A stretch of 62,461 bases of DNA, counting the filler, from Hausera hauseri (Eukaryota): NCBI GenBank assembly GCA_046269625.1. It is 10 parts of 10 records of this genome, joined end to end, with 100 filler letters (N's around TTAATTAATTAA, not from the genome) between each part and the next. Parts side by side here need not be neighbours in the genome. Positions count along the whole stretch, not along the records: positions 21,781 to 26,599 come from JBJURY010425141.1; positions 26,700 to 30,690 come from JBJURY010835081.1; positions 30,791 to 38,244 come from JBJURY010013566.1; 7 more parts are not named here. One strand, given 5' to 3'. Made by a program: the position numbers and the translations under genes. The number at the start of each line of letters is the position of its first letter. The first letter of the stretch is position 1. Shown piece after piece: positions 25,651-36,250 of this stretch. A model generated the notes under the pieces. It worked only from the letters and a program-made list of their open reading frames with translations. It was not told the origin of the DNA and searched no databases.

Positions 25651-26188
25651 AATGATGTTTAATTTGCTATGAAGTCTAGTGATTACGTTCATAATTAAAT
25701 ATCTGGCTTTTACACTTTCCTTTTGTTTGATGGAAGAGATTTCTAAAAGCAAAATGAATGCAAAACTTATAAAAGGAATATTTAGGTCACGTCTGATATT
25801 GTAAGATCATGGCCGAATCAAACTTCACTAAAAAGTCATACCCGTACTGCTCACATTGCTCGTCTGACTTTTCTCACTAAAGCCGTCCCTCGAACTTGTC
25901 TCTTGACATATCTTTACGATGTCCCACAAGTCAACTCTCATTGATTCCCCGGTCGTCAATTTATTGTTATCACAACTTCGGTAGCGTAACAACTTGTCGG
26001 TTTTGTTCAATATTTTCCTTTATATTTGGTTTCCGTCATTTTCCTGATAAATTTTCATTCAAATTGACATCTTAAAATTTGTCAAAATCATCGTAGCCGT
26101 AAATTTTTGAAATGCCTACATATCCGTGCTGCTTATGCCGTTGTAAATTCAATTAATGAATTAATTTCACATTGTGTTCTCATTTTAA

Positions 26189-26394
26189 CCCTAGGGGGTC
26201 AGAAATTCTAACAATCACACGGCGTCAGCTGATCAAGAAATGTGACAAACTGAGCATAGAATTTGGTAGCAAAGAACTGTTGCAATAGTGCAACACATGT
26301 CCCAAAAGGCATAGAAACGCACGTAAGCTCAAAATTAGATAACTGCAAAGTGTTATTAAACCGTTGCAAATTTGCAACTTCTGAGCCCATAGGG
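26189..26394. mobile_element. piggyBac-type MITE (206 bp)
   Basis: TTAA on both sides (26185-88, 26395-98). TIRs CCCTAGGGGGTCAGAA / CCCTATGGGCTCAGAA match 14/16. Confidence 0.8.
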
Positions 26395-26599
26395 TTAATA
26401 GTTCATTTTGACGAAAAAACTTCGTTGTTTTATCATCTAAATTCAGTAAATTGATGTTTAACACAAAATTGTTCAATAATAATTTATTTAATACAGAATT
26501 GGAATTATAATAATTTAAATCATGTGTTCTTTCGTCACCAGGAAAATGTTTCTTTTAAGTTTTTCTTTCTGGAATTTTAAATTTGACTAAATTCAAATC

Positions 26600-26699
26600 N
26601 NNNNNNNNNNNNNNNNNNNNNNNNNNNNNNNNNNNNNNNNNNNTTAATTAATTAANNNNNNNNNNNNNNNNNNNNNNNNNNNNNNNNNNNNNNNNNNNN
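26600..26699. other. Artificial contig spacer
   Basis: N-TTAATTAATTAA-N. Confidence 0.99.
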
Positions 26700-27102
26700 T
26701 GAGTTTAAATTGAAACTCATGACGATATTACACTTGTGAAAGCAGTTTAACTGAAATATAGGAAATATTATATTTAATAAATCTCGTGTACGTGCTAATT
26801 CTGAATACGATTTTATCAATACAAGTCCAATAAATCTGTTTAGATTAGTGATTTCGAACTCGTTTCCCACTTAAACCGATATGAAACAGAAAAATATTTT
26901 AAGATTGAGCCGACAATTCAAAGTAATTAAAAAATATGATGTCTTATAAAAGTTCGACAGAAAAAACAATTTTTCGAAATTCGTCTATTGGTTTCTTCAA
27001 ATGCACACAAAGTGATTTTCAAAATTATTCTGCATTTATAGCAGGCCCATAGTGCTGCTTCTGGTTCTCTGATTAAAATGATTAGTAATTTCCAAATAAT
27101 AT

Positions 27103-27977
27103 TGTTATATTTTGGGGTGGCCCTTATACAACTCCCACTATATAACAATAAGTACACTTGAGATTTGAGTACCTTAATGCAGGTAAGGTTTACCGTTATC
27201 GAATAGACAGATTGTGCCTTATAACAATTAGTTTAATAAGTAATGCTGGTACTCATTAGCGGTTCTGTGCAAAAATGTTTAACAAAATTCTTCTCTTAAC
27301 TATGTAATTTTACAGTAGAATTTTAGACCTTAGTGTAGTCAAATCATCCTTAAAGGGCAATGAAAAACTATATAAGATTTTTAAAATAACAAATATATTT
27401 TACAGCAAAAATAATTACGCAGCTCCTGAATACAACTCCGGTATCGGATTCAAATCAACTGGTTAAGGAATCAATCCATAGCAATAATAACTTCAACGAA
27501 TTAGTGCTCCTTTCAGTTTCTGAATATTTTGTCTTCTCAACGATTCAACAGTTCTGCAACAATAGTTCAGCTTCTTGATAATTCTCAATTTAGCTTCTTA
27601 ACTTCTGTAAGGAAGTTTAAATAAACTCCAAATAGCTTCAAATAAAAACTCAAAAATTTCGTGTCTGCTACTCGCTTATATACTAATACAACTGCGTATG
27701 TGACTGATTTCATTTCATATTCTTGGAATTATAAACAGCCTTTAGCTGAATTTTTCAGTATTATCCGATTTGAAAATTAATATAAATTCAACGCGTTTTC
27801 CAAAAATTCTAAAAAATGTACCAATTTATTGCTAAATTCCATCTTTATATTTGTACAAATTCCTAAGTTTGTATAATAATGGAAAATATCACAAAATAAT
27901 AAATATTTGCAATATGCTGCTTATAATAGTATTTATAATTTTTGGACGTCTTCGCAATATTGGACGTCTTTACAACA
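27103..27977 (-). repeat. Probable 3' LTR of the contig-4 element
   Basis: On the minus strand a short purine tract AAGGAGAAA is followed by TGTTG..., a TATATAAG box near 27675-27682, and ...TAACA at 27103. The distal end is tentative. Confidence 0.5.
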
Positions 27978-30536
27978 TTTCTCCTTGAGCGGCATCCTCG
28001 GATGTGCCCATTGCGTCAGGAGAGATGACGCCATAACGTGGTTGTCTTAGGAGATTTATTCGTCTACGTAAGCTCACTTCTGAGTCCGTATTTGGCTGAG
28101 TTTCTCGGGAATTTGTTTCCAATTCATAACTGTAATGGGGTTTTATTCGAACTACACGGGTATAAGTACCGTTCGAAAAGTATTTCAGTTCCGTTGCTTC
28201 GGTTCTACACACCGGGCAGGTGGTTTTGCCATTATCTAGGGTCTATTTTTCCAAGCAATCTCGGCAATATTTGTGTCTACAATCCCGATTATGCAAAACA
28301 ACGTATCTTTGACTGAGATTCGCTTCACATATTTGGCATTCGCCTTCCTCTTTATCCCATTTCTCGTCATCTAAATCTACTTTTATTTTGAACTTTATGG
28401 GTTCGAATATGAGACCATCTTTATCTTGATATAGGTAACCATGGATTCTATTTTGTTTGGTGTTTACAGAACTCTTTCTAGGGTCACAACCTATTGGTAC
28501 TAAGATCCAATCGGCGATGGTACCTCGATCTAAATAGGAATTTCGCCATCCGTTTGATACTTTTGATACTGTTTTTTCAACAAAGCTTTCATTTGTTTGT
28601 CTACTGACACTGTTAACTTGCCGTTTCTTTTCGATATGAAAACTGGCGCAATATACCTTCCTATTTTAGGATTTTCCGAAATGTAGGTGTTTTCGTATAC
28701 TTCTCGAGCTGGTGTGGTCTTCATGAAAATCATTGCTTCTTTAATTTTCTGGTGACTATAATACTCGGTAGATATTAGCATCTTCGGGTAATCCTTAGTT
28801 GTTGCGAAGTGTACATCTTCTTGGGAATTCCTTTTTCTTAGGATATTTACTTCCGGGAACAGTTGTTGAAATCCGCTCTCTAGGTTCTTGTGCTTGTATG
28901 TTTTTCTTTTGGGTTTTTCTGAGATTGTCATTTGGTCATTTGCGGACATCGCTGCGATTTCTCTTGCTATCTCTGAAATTTCGGGTTCTTCGTTTGTTTT
29001 ATCGGTTTGATCTTCTTGAGCTTGGTTTGAACTTGTTCCTTTATTTTTCTGTCTGAACAAGTAACCATAGAAGGATAATTTTCTTTTGATCGGGGAAATT
29101 TGTGTTCCAGCTTTTTGCTTTTGCGGTGGAATCTTGGGCACTTTGAATGTCTAGATTTCTTCTATTTTTTGATTGTAGATTTCATTTCTGGAATTGGTTT
29201 GACATTGGAACTATAACTGGTTCTTAACACATTGGTGCACGATTGATCTGATTTTTGAATAGTTATTTTGATATTATCCTGTCCCATGGGTTTCACGACT
29301 CTACACGGGGAATACGAACGATACTGCTTCCGACAATTTTTATTCATAGTTTCCAGGTCGGATGTACTTCGTAAATTTTGTTCTGAATTACTGGGTGTCC
29401 ACTCATGGTCCTATTTTAAAGCTACGTAAATGTCGCGCAAGTAGTGAGTGCGTTGACTTGCGGTTAACAGTTTGCTAATCTTAACATGTTCGCTGTTCGT
29501 GGCGTCAACCATTAATTTGAAATAGGCATCCATAACTTTTGGCTAAGATAATTCCTTTCCCGTAATATTTGTTTACTTTGTTCGGTGACTTTTGGGCGCG
29601 TCCTTATTTCATGAATTCCTACGATGCTTGACATGGGTATTTCTAAGAGTTCGACAATGCTATCGATGCAATATCCAGTTATAATATATACATATAAACA
29701 ATGTTCTAACTCGGCCTGAACAAGTTTGATATCTCTACCTCTCGAGAGTGTTTCCTTACGAATTCCTGTCGTATTATAGGATGTTTCGCTAGCACGTTTT
29801 CTCAGTCTGATAATCGTACAATATACTTCTGTTCCGTTGGTTTCTCGAACTGAGACTTCCACTGGGATCCTCTGTGAGCCATCTCCTTCTCCAAAATTGA
29901 TTGCTATGATTCTGGTATTTCTGGCATCTTTTCCTAGTCTACACGATTGTAAGAAGGTGTCCAAATCCTTTTCTGATATAGAGGTAATCATCGTGCGTTA
30001 CCTCGAACATTAATTTTGCAGGAAGGGCCGTTACTCTGAATTCTAATTCATAATGCTGTAAATTTTCGCTACGTAAGCTGAGAGTACTGAATCTGTATTG
30101 TTTTCCGTTGTTTGTGTTCCATTCTTGGTCTTTGAACCGGTAGTATATTTCACCATCTGCCAGGTGGATATAAATAATTTGTCAGTTCCTGTACGTGATC
30201 ATCTATTTAAGTGAATATGCTCGGGCATCTTTGTCTTCTCTGATGGCGTAAAGGTAAACAATCCTATTTTCTTACGTTATACCCTTTAAATTGTTAGGAA
30301 TTTTACTCGTCTGATCATACTTCACAAAGGTTTTCTCGTGTAATTTCTTATGCATTTCTCTATATATTGATTTCGAATTTGGGAGAAAGACTAGCGTAAT
30401 TCTGCAAGAACTCGTCAATACTAAGTAGGCGTTTTGGTGATTTATCGATTCCACATAGTTCTCGTTCTTGGATAGATCGTGGTCCGTCGATGCAAGGTCG
30501 TCCGGTATCCGTTTTCGTATTTCTCTCTTTACTCAT
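27970..30536 (-). pseudogene. Retroelement accessory gene (about 850 codons, disrupted): shared N-terminal domain + DEDDh-fold pseudo-exonuclease + low-complexity linker + C3HC4 RING finger
   Basis: ORF-track pieces join through stops and frameshifts. IPNNLKG is shared with 33728..35035. IIAINFG..IPVEVSV..GTEVYCTII..TTGI exonuclease-like core at about 29415-29915. CQIC-x15-CRHKYCRDC-x12-CPVCR at 28204-28338. Confidence 0.75.
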
Positions 30537-30690
30537 CAGTCTAAAAAATAAACAGTAAGGGTTAATCCTGCAACGAAGGATGGTTTTAAAATAAAAGCAA
30601 TTCTTCGTTAGATGATAGAATAACCCGCTCTGTAGTTGTCAGGTTATTTCATCATACGCATAAATAGGGGTTTCCAATTTCCTTAGTTCC

Positions 30691-30790
30691 NNNNNNNNNN
30701 NNNNNNNNNNNNNNNNNNNNNNNNNNNNNNNNNNTTAATTAATTAANNNNNNNNNNNNNNNNNNNNNNNNNNNNNNNNNNNNNNNNNNNN
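30691..30790. other. Artificial contig spacer
   Basis: N-TTAATTAATTAA-N. Confidence 0.99.
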
Positions 30791-33631
30791 CCAGGAACAC
30801 GCAATGCGAATGCAGATTATTTATCAAGAATGCCTGACATACCCAAGCCAAAAGAAGTGGTTGCGGCGGTATGGAGTATGGATGGATCCGTAGAGAAAAT
30901 AAAACAGAACCAACAAGAAGACATGGAAATAAAGGCAATTAGAAATTATATACAGAACAAAGTATTACCGTTAAATCGAGAATTAGCTAGACATTTGGCT
31001 CGATTTAGTGATGCCTACGAAGAAAAAGATGGATTTTTATACTACATCCATCAGAATGGACCAACCTTAGTAATCCCAGAAAAGAACAGAACAGTGTTAT
31101 TGACGCAATACCATGACGGACTATTAGGTGGTCATCAGTCAGCAAGAAAAACGATAGCCAAATTAAAAAGGAAATATTTTTGGCCCACGTTAATAAAGGA
31201 CGTACAAGAATGGTGCGATAGCTGCAAACTATGCGCTACGCGCAAGAATGCCGGATCGAAGTTCAAAGCTCCCCTTAAAGTATGGGATAATCCGCCAGCT
31301 CCATTCGAGTTTACAGCTATGGACATAACAGGTCCCTTACCATTAACACGAAATGGAAATAAATACATTCTAGTTTTTATAGACTATTTCACTCGATGGG
31401 TAGTAGCGTTACCAATGGCTGATATGAAAGCTGATACAATAGCTGAAAAATTCGTGGAGAATATAGTGTTCAATTATGGAGCTCCAAGAATCTTATTAAC
31501 AGATCAAGCATCTAATCTTACGGGTAACGTAATGCAGGCGATATATGATATTATGCGAATTCTAAAGTTACGCTCAACACCAGGACATCCAGAAAACAAC
31601 GGGATGGTAGAAAGATATATCGGTGATCTAAAAAGCAAATTACAAACGGTTGTTAGCTCTCGACAGGACGATTGGGATGAATACATCAACGCCTGCGTAT
31701 TTGTAAATCGAACATCAGTGCATGAGGCCACTAAGGAAACACCATTTTATTTGATGTACTTAAGAGATGCTCGACTACCTATTGATTTAGATTTTAACGT
31801 CAAGCCCACATCTCATTTAATGGAGATAGAAGAGTATAAATTATTAATGCAGGAGCGCCTTCAACTAGCTTACAAAATAGTGAAAGATAATCAAAAGGAT
31901 TATAAAGCCACGTATAAAAAGTATTATGACGAAAAAACAAAACAACCTAAGATTAAAGTCGGAGATAAGATGATGCTGCATGTGCCTCTGAGTAAAAAGG
32001 GAAAGACATCCAAATTGGATAGACCGTATAAAGGCCCATATGAAGTAGAGAAAGTGGATCTACCGAATCTCTGCCTAAAGAAGAACAATACTATATTCAA
32101 AGTTCATGTGAATAGATGCAAGCCCGCAGCCAAGGAAAGTAAGCTTAGACAAGACGAACAAGATATAGTAAGAAGTATCAAAGATAAATCGACTATAGAC
32201 CATAGATCCTATGAACCAAGAAAACATTTCTTGTGGTTAATATTAATGTTACTGCCACAAGTGTTGAGCCAATTAACTAAGCAAGAAATTGAGCAAGCCA
32301 AAATACGACATGCAATAGCTATAAATGAAGATTTAATGCTAAAAAGTTTGAGGTATCATATGACGTACACTATGAAAGGCCAAAAATGTGCAATCTGGCA
32401 TACTACAAGACAAATGACCAGTGACTATATGATAGGAATACAAATGATCCCTCGGAGTGACTATGAAAGGGATCCTAATGAACGACAGTACGACTGTATA
32501 CTTCACCCAACCGTGAACGAGACACAATGCTCATTAGAAACTTCCGGGACTCATGCGGTATACCTTACGCTTATAAAGAGAAGAGGGGATTACTATCGCA
32601 GTCTATATACTAAATTCAGTAAATATATTAAAATTCCCCATCGATCTGAAATGAACGAGACCTTATTAGACGAAATTATACTTAAACAATTAAGAATAAG
32701 ATCAAAGGGATTCAAAAGTGGACGTAGTTGCATTGAGGTCATGAGTATAATAGAACTGGAATATATTCGATGGATAACGATATCAATAAAGGCAGTAGAT
32801 AGCAAGCAAAAGTCAAAATGTGAAATTACGTACGAACAGCAGCATGTATGCTGTAACGTAATAAGAGGTAAAATATATAACGTAAATTATACGTTATCAC
32901 GAAAAGAATACGGAAAATTCAAAGGAAAAATACGAATAAAAGGGCCAACCATGTATATTAGGTACAAAAACAAGGTAGAGTACGATGAAAAGGTTGGAAA
33001 TGTCACAAAACCGTCTAGGGTTATGGAGCCACCCGTACACGCTCCGTCGAATAGTGAACGGAGAGACATGACTATATTAATTAAACCATATACATCATAT
33101 TACCGACAAAAGCGCTCAATATGGGAAAACGTTACAGTTACGACTACCCCAACAGCCCTGATAATGTCAATAAAACCCGACCTTGATTTTGCGAAAGTAA
33201 GATTTGTTTGTAAATTAAAAGACATAATAGTAGCAAAGGGATACATAACCCCTGATGATCTAGTAGTACCCTGCGCAGCACTCAGACCTAATACCCAATA
33301 CACCGTTATACTTCAATTAGTTGATGATAATAATAAAGTAACATCAACCAAAATACTAACAGCTATTACTCGAAAAGAAATAAAAACCCTAGAGTTACAT
33401 AAGAAAGGTGTTATTAAGTATGTCACCACTCAAAGGCCGACAAGAGCCGTGTATAAGTATTCCCGAATAGAATTAATAATAGCAGGTGTTTGTACCCCCA
33501 TAGTATCGATGATATTAGTTTTAATAATAATAAAAGTAATATCGTACGTACGACGACGTCGCAAACAATCATGGATCCGAATAGACTTGCGACGTATCAC
33601 GAATACCTTGGAAATCGATAATCCAAGCTGA
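30791..33631 (+). CDS. pol: Ty3/Gypsy Pol C-terminal part (RNase H tail, integrase) fused in frame to an env-position membrane protein; 5' truncated
   Basis: Frame open from the contig edge: PGTRNANADYLSR; HHCC (YHD..GGH..CKLC); D-D-E (AMDITGP, LTDQA, NGMVER); GPY motif (YKGPYEV). About 470 further aa contain HFLWLILMLLPQVLSQ, RQKR, LRPNTQYTV, a TM helix and RRRRK. Confidence 0.93.
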   Translation, partial: PGTRNANADYLSRMPDIPKPKEVVAAVWSMDGSVEKIKQNQQEDMEIKAIRNYIQNKVLPLNRELARHLARFSDAYEEKDGFLYYIHQNGPTLVIPEKNRTVLLTQYHDGLLGGHQSARKTIAKLKRKYFWPTLIKDVQEWCDSCKLCATRKNAGSKFKAPLKVWDNPPAPFEFTAMDITGPLPLTRNGNKYILVFIDYFTRWVVALPMADMKADTIAEKFVENIVFNYGAPRILLTDQASNLTGNVMQAIYDIMRILKLRSTPGHPENNGMVERYIGDLKSKLQTVVSSRQDDWDEYINACVFVNRTSVHEATKETPFYLMYLRDARLPIDLDFNVKPTSHLMEIEEYKLLMQERLQLAYKIVKDNQKDYKATYKKYYDEKTKQPKIKVGDKMMLHVPLSKKGKTSKLDRPYKGPYEVEKVDLPNLCLKKNNTIFKVHVNRCKPAAKESKLRQDEQDIVRSIKDKSTIDHRSYEPRKHFLWLILMLLPQVLSQLTKQEIEQAKIRHAIAINEDLMLKSLRYHMTYTMKGQKCAIWHTTRQMTSDYMIGIQMIPRSDYERDPNERQYDCILHPTVNETQCSLETSGTHAVYLTLIKRRGDYYRSLYTKFSKYIKIPHRSEMNETLLDEIILKQLRIRSKGFKSGRSCIEVMSIIELEYIRWITISIKAVDSKQKSKCEITYEQQHVCCNVIRGKIYNVNYTLSRKEYGKFKGKIRIKGPTMYIRYKNKVEYDEKVGNVTKPSRVMEPPVHAPSNSERRDMTILIKPYTSYYRQKRSIWENVTVTTTPTALIMSIKPDLDFAKVRFVCKLKDIIVAKGYITPDDLVVPCAALRPNTQYTVILQLVDDNNKVTSTKILTAITRKEIKTLELHKKGVIKYVTTQRPTRAVYKYSRIELIIAGVCTPIVSMILVLIIIKVISYVRRRRKQSWIRIDLRRITNTLEIDNPS

Positions 33632-33727
33632 CGGTGGATAACAAGGATTGTAATCTACGCAATCCACTTATGTCAGATAGCTGAACGTCGTATAGCTACC
33701 CCTTTTATATTTAATAATAAAACTACA

Positions 33728-35035
33728 ATGATTACCGATTTTAAATTGATAACCGTTGTATTATTGTTAAGCTTTTTAAACCTCCCATTGACTAATTTCG
33801 TTACAGATATGCTGGACATACAATCAATTCAAAGAAGCAAAAACTGGTATGAGAATGCCAAGACACACCTCATCAACGCCAACCCAACTAATCCATACCA
33901 TGTTATCCTCAATGAATCAACGTTTAGTCTAAACTATCCTAAATTACAACAGATCCCCAACAATCTAAAGGGATACTCATGCCACAATCGGTCACTCGCC
34001 TTAATACAAATGACCAAAGCTACATCGTTTTTCATATCGGAAATAATAACACTCCCTGAAAAGTATTTTGCTATTACCATTTTCGATATCGTTGGAAAAT
34101 TTCAAATTAAGACCAAAAATATCAAAACATCCCAACAAGGAGATCTTATTAACTTGGACCCCAATAACGGTGTAACGATTGATATCAAATTTATAACAAA
34201 AAATACTTTGAAAATTCGGTCATTGACAAATCGTATAATGTTCGGTATCGAAATCTTACGACCAGAACCCTTCTGGACGACTCCTGAACATGGAAAGTGT
34301 TTCAATTTAACCGAACCTGATTATGCGAAGTACACCGAAATTCCATACCGACGTATCCCGGAAATAACTAATGATGATATTGTGATAGCAGCCGTGAACC
34401 TCGCGTATGATCAGGACAACCAACTAACACCTATTGAATGTTCTGTCCTAGACATACATGGAAATTCAGTATTCTACACAATCATAACGCCACGAAAAAG
34501 AATCAACAATTACGACACCCACATTACCGGCTTGACCGAAGCTCAAACGAACAACCAGATGGATGAGAACACTTTCTTCCAGAAAATATCAATGCTCCTC
34601 AATGATAAAATGATAGTTGGAGCCGCAGTTTTGGAAATGCTGACCAAATACCTGAAATGTCCATTACGCCGAATTTTAGGTATTCGTGATATTCTATATC
34701 ACGACGAAGTAGCTCAAAAATATAAAATGGACAGACCCAATTATAAAGAATTGGCCAAACGTTTTTACAATATGAGAGCCATGCCGTTACGTAGTACGGC
34801 ATTGGCACAGTGCTATCAAGCCATTTATCGTACGTTACGATTTGATGACGAACTCATTACCGAAGCCACGGCCTCCGACAGGGTCTTAAAAAGACCACCA
34901 GAAGTAACAACACGAAAGAGAAAAATTGTGATTGAAGAAGAGGTGCTAATTGATGGAGAAATATATACTCCCGATGGACTTCGTTACAGGTCACAATCCG
35001 GTAAAACGATATTCCGAGCGTTGCCAAACCAATAA
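33728..35035 (+). CDS. Retrotransposon accessory ORF with DEDDh (REX4/ISG20-like) exonuclease fold lacking catalytic acids; likely start 33809 after a splice acceptor
   Basis: IECSVLDIHGNSVFYTIITPRKRINNYDTHITGLT...ISMLLNDKMIVG...IRDI...YKELAKRF follows the REX-family pattern. The ORF is intact and lies between pol and the LTR. Confidence 0.78.
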   Translation: MITDFKLITVVLLLSFLNLPLTNFVTDMLDIQSIQRSKNWYENAKTHLINANPTNPYHVILNESTFSLNYPKLQQIPNNLKGYSCHNRSLALIQMTKATSFFISEIITLPEKYFAITIFDIVGKFQIKTKNIKTSQQGDLINLDPNNGVTIDIKFITKNTLKIRSLTNRIMFGIEILRPEPFWTTPEHGKCFNLTEPDYAKYTEIPYRRIPEITNDDIVIAAVNLAYDQDNQLTPIECSVLDIHGNSVFYTIITPRKRINNYDTHITGLTEAQTNNQMDENTFFQKISMLLNDKMIVGAAVLEMLTKYLKCPLRRILGIRDILYHDEVAQKYKMDRPNYKELAKRFYNMRAMPLRSTALAQCYQAIYRTLRFDDELITEATASDRVLKRPPEVTTRKRKIVIEEEVLIDGEIYTPDGLRYRSQSGKTIFRALPNQ

Positions 35036-35074
35036 TGAAAAGTTCGGGACAACTTTCTTTAACCCCCCTCTATC

Positions 35075-35855
35075 TGATGATTTGACAAACGACAAACTTT
35101 AGTTTATAAATGACAAACTTTACTTTAAATCCATCATCCGGTTGATTAACATTATTATAAACAGACTCTTTTGATCTTAAATGATTACGACAATTATTAA
35201 ACCATTTCTGTTGATCATATGATCACTTTCTTAATATGATGATCAATTATTGCATGTGACGGTCATTTACTGAAGCTATATGTATAATTTTATGGTATGT
35301 TTATGTATTTAATCGACGTTATACGTTATCAAACGCTACTATAAATACTACACTCTTATTGTAAATGGACACAAGTTTTCAAACGTCTATGTGGTTTTAT
35401 TGGTACGTGAGTTTATCTTTTATTGTAATTGAGCATTTATATTTTGACGATTAATATATTTTACGGTATTACGAATTCTTATTTTACCTAAGTAAATTAG
35501 TAATTGAATAAAACTTAAGTAATTTGGAATAACGCCGTCTAGGTCCAACCTACCTAACGGCAGCCCGTCTAATTTTTATAATAAAGAGTGTCAAATAATA
35601 CAGTAGTAACTAAGGTATACGCCCCACAGGCAGAGTGTCCCCTTCACATATTACCTATAAGCTATAATTAGGTAGGATACGCATTCAGTAACAACTCTAT
35701 CACGACTTTGTTCACCCCTTTAACTCAATCAAGTAACAATAATAAAAGTCTCTCCCATTTCCTAGGTTAGAGGGAACTGAACATAATTGCTTAACATTAT
35801 CTGCCCTGTATTTTAAGGGTACACATTTTATACCAAATGCCATCACAGCTCATCA
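35075..35855 (+). repeat. 3' LTR (781 bp)
   Basis: Begins TGATGA and ends TCATCA (perfect 6-bp inverted termini). TATAAATA at about 35340 and AATAAA at about 35507. Mariner coding sequence starts abruptly at 35856. Confidence 0.7.
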
Positions 35856-36250
35856 GAGGTGTTTTGCTTTATGAGTTCAAACTTGGAAGTTCTGCTGCGG
35901 AGACCACCAGAAAAATGTGTACAACATTTGGAAATAATACTATAAAGGAGCGCACAAGAAGAAAGTGGTTTGAGAGATTTAAAGCTGAAGATGAGTCTGA
36001 ACTACCATTGAAGGAGATAGTAGTCTAACCTGTCAGGAACTTGCGCTGATATTCCATGTTAAAATTGTCACTATCCGAGATCATCTGCATAAAATGGGCA
36101 AGACGTAAAAGTTGAGCAAGTGGGTTCCACATGCATTTTCTGATGCCAATAAGAAACGGATGACGGCTTGCTTTGCCCTGCTCTCCCCTCATCATATCGA
36201 ACTTTTCCTTAATCGTTTGTTGACTTATGATGAAAAATGGATCCAATGAT
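35856..36250 (+). mobile_element. Mariner transposase remnant (insertion target of the Gypsy element)
   Basis: RGVLLYEFKLGSSAAET..RKWFERFK, HLHKMGK..KWVPH and LLTYDEKWI. Confidence 0.85.

Noticed and set aside
33728-33808. Hydrophobic N-terminus of the 435-aa ORF as a signal peptide
   Set aside because: It coincides with a T-rich branch-point/acceptor region and has no counterpart in the contig-4 homolog; more likely intron sequence, though not excluded.
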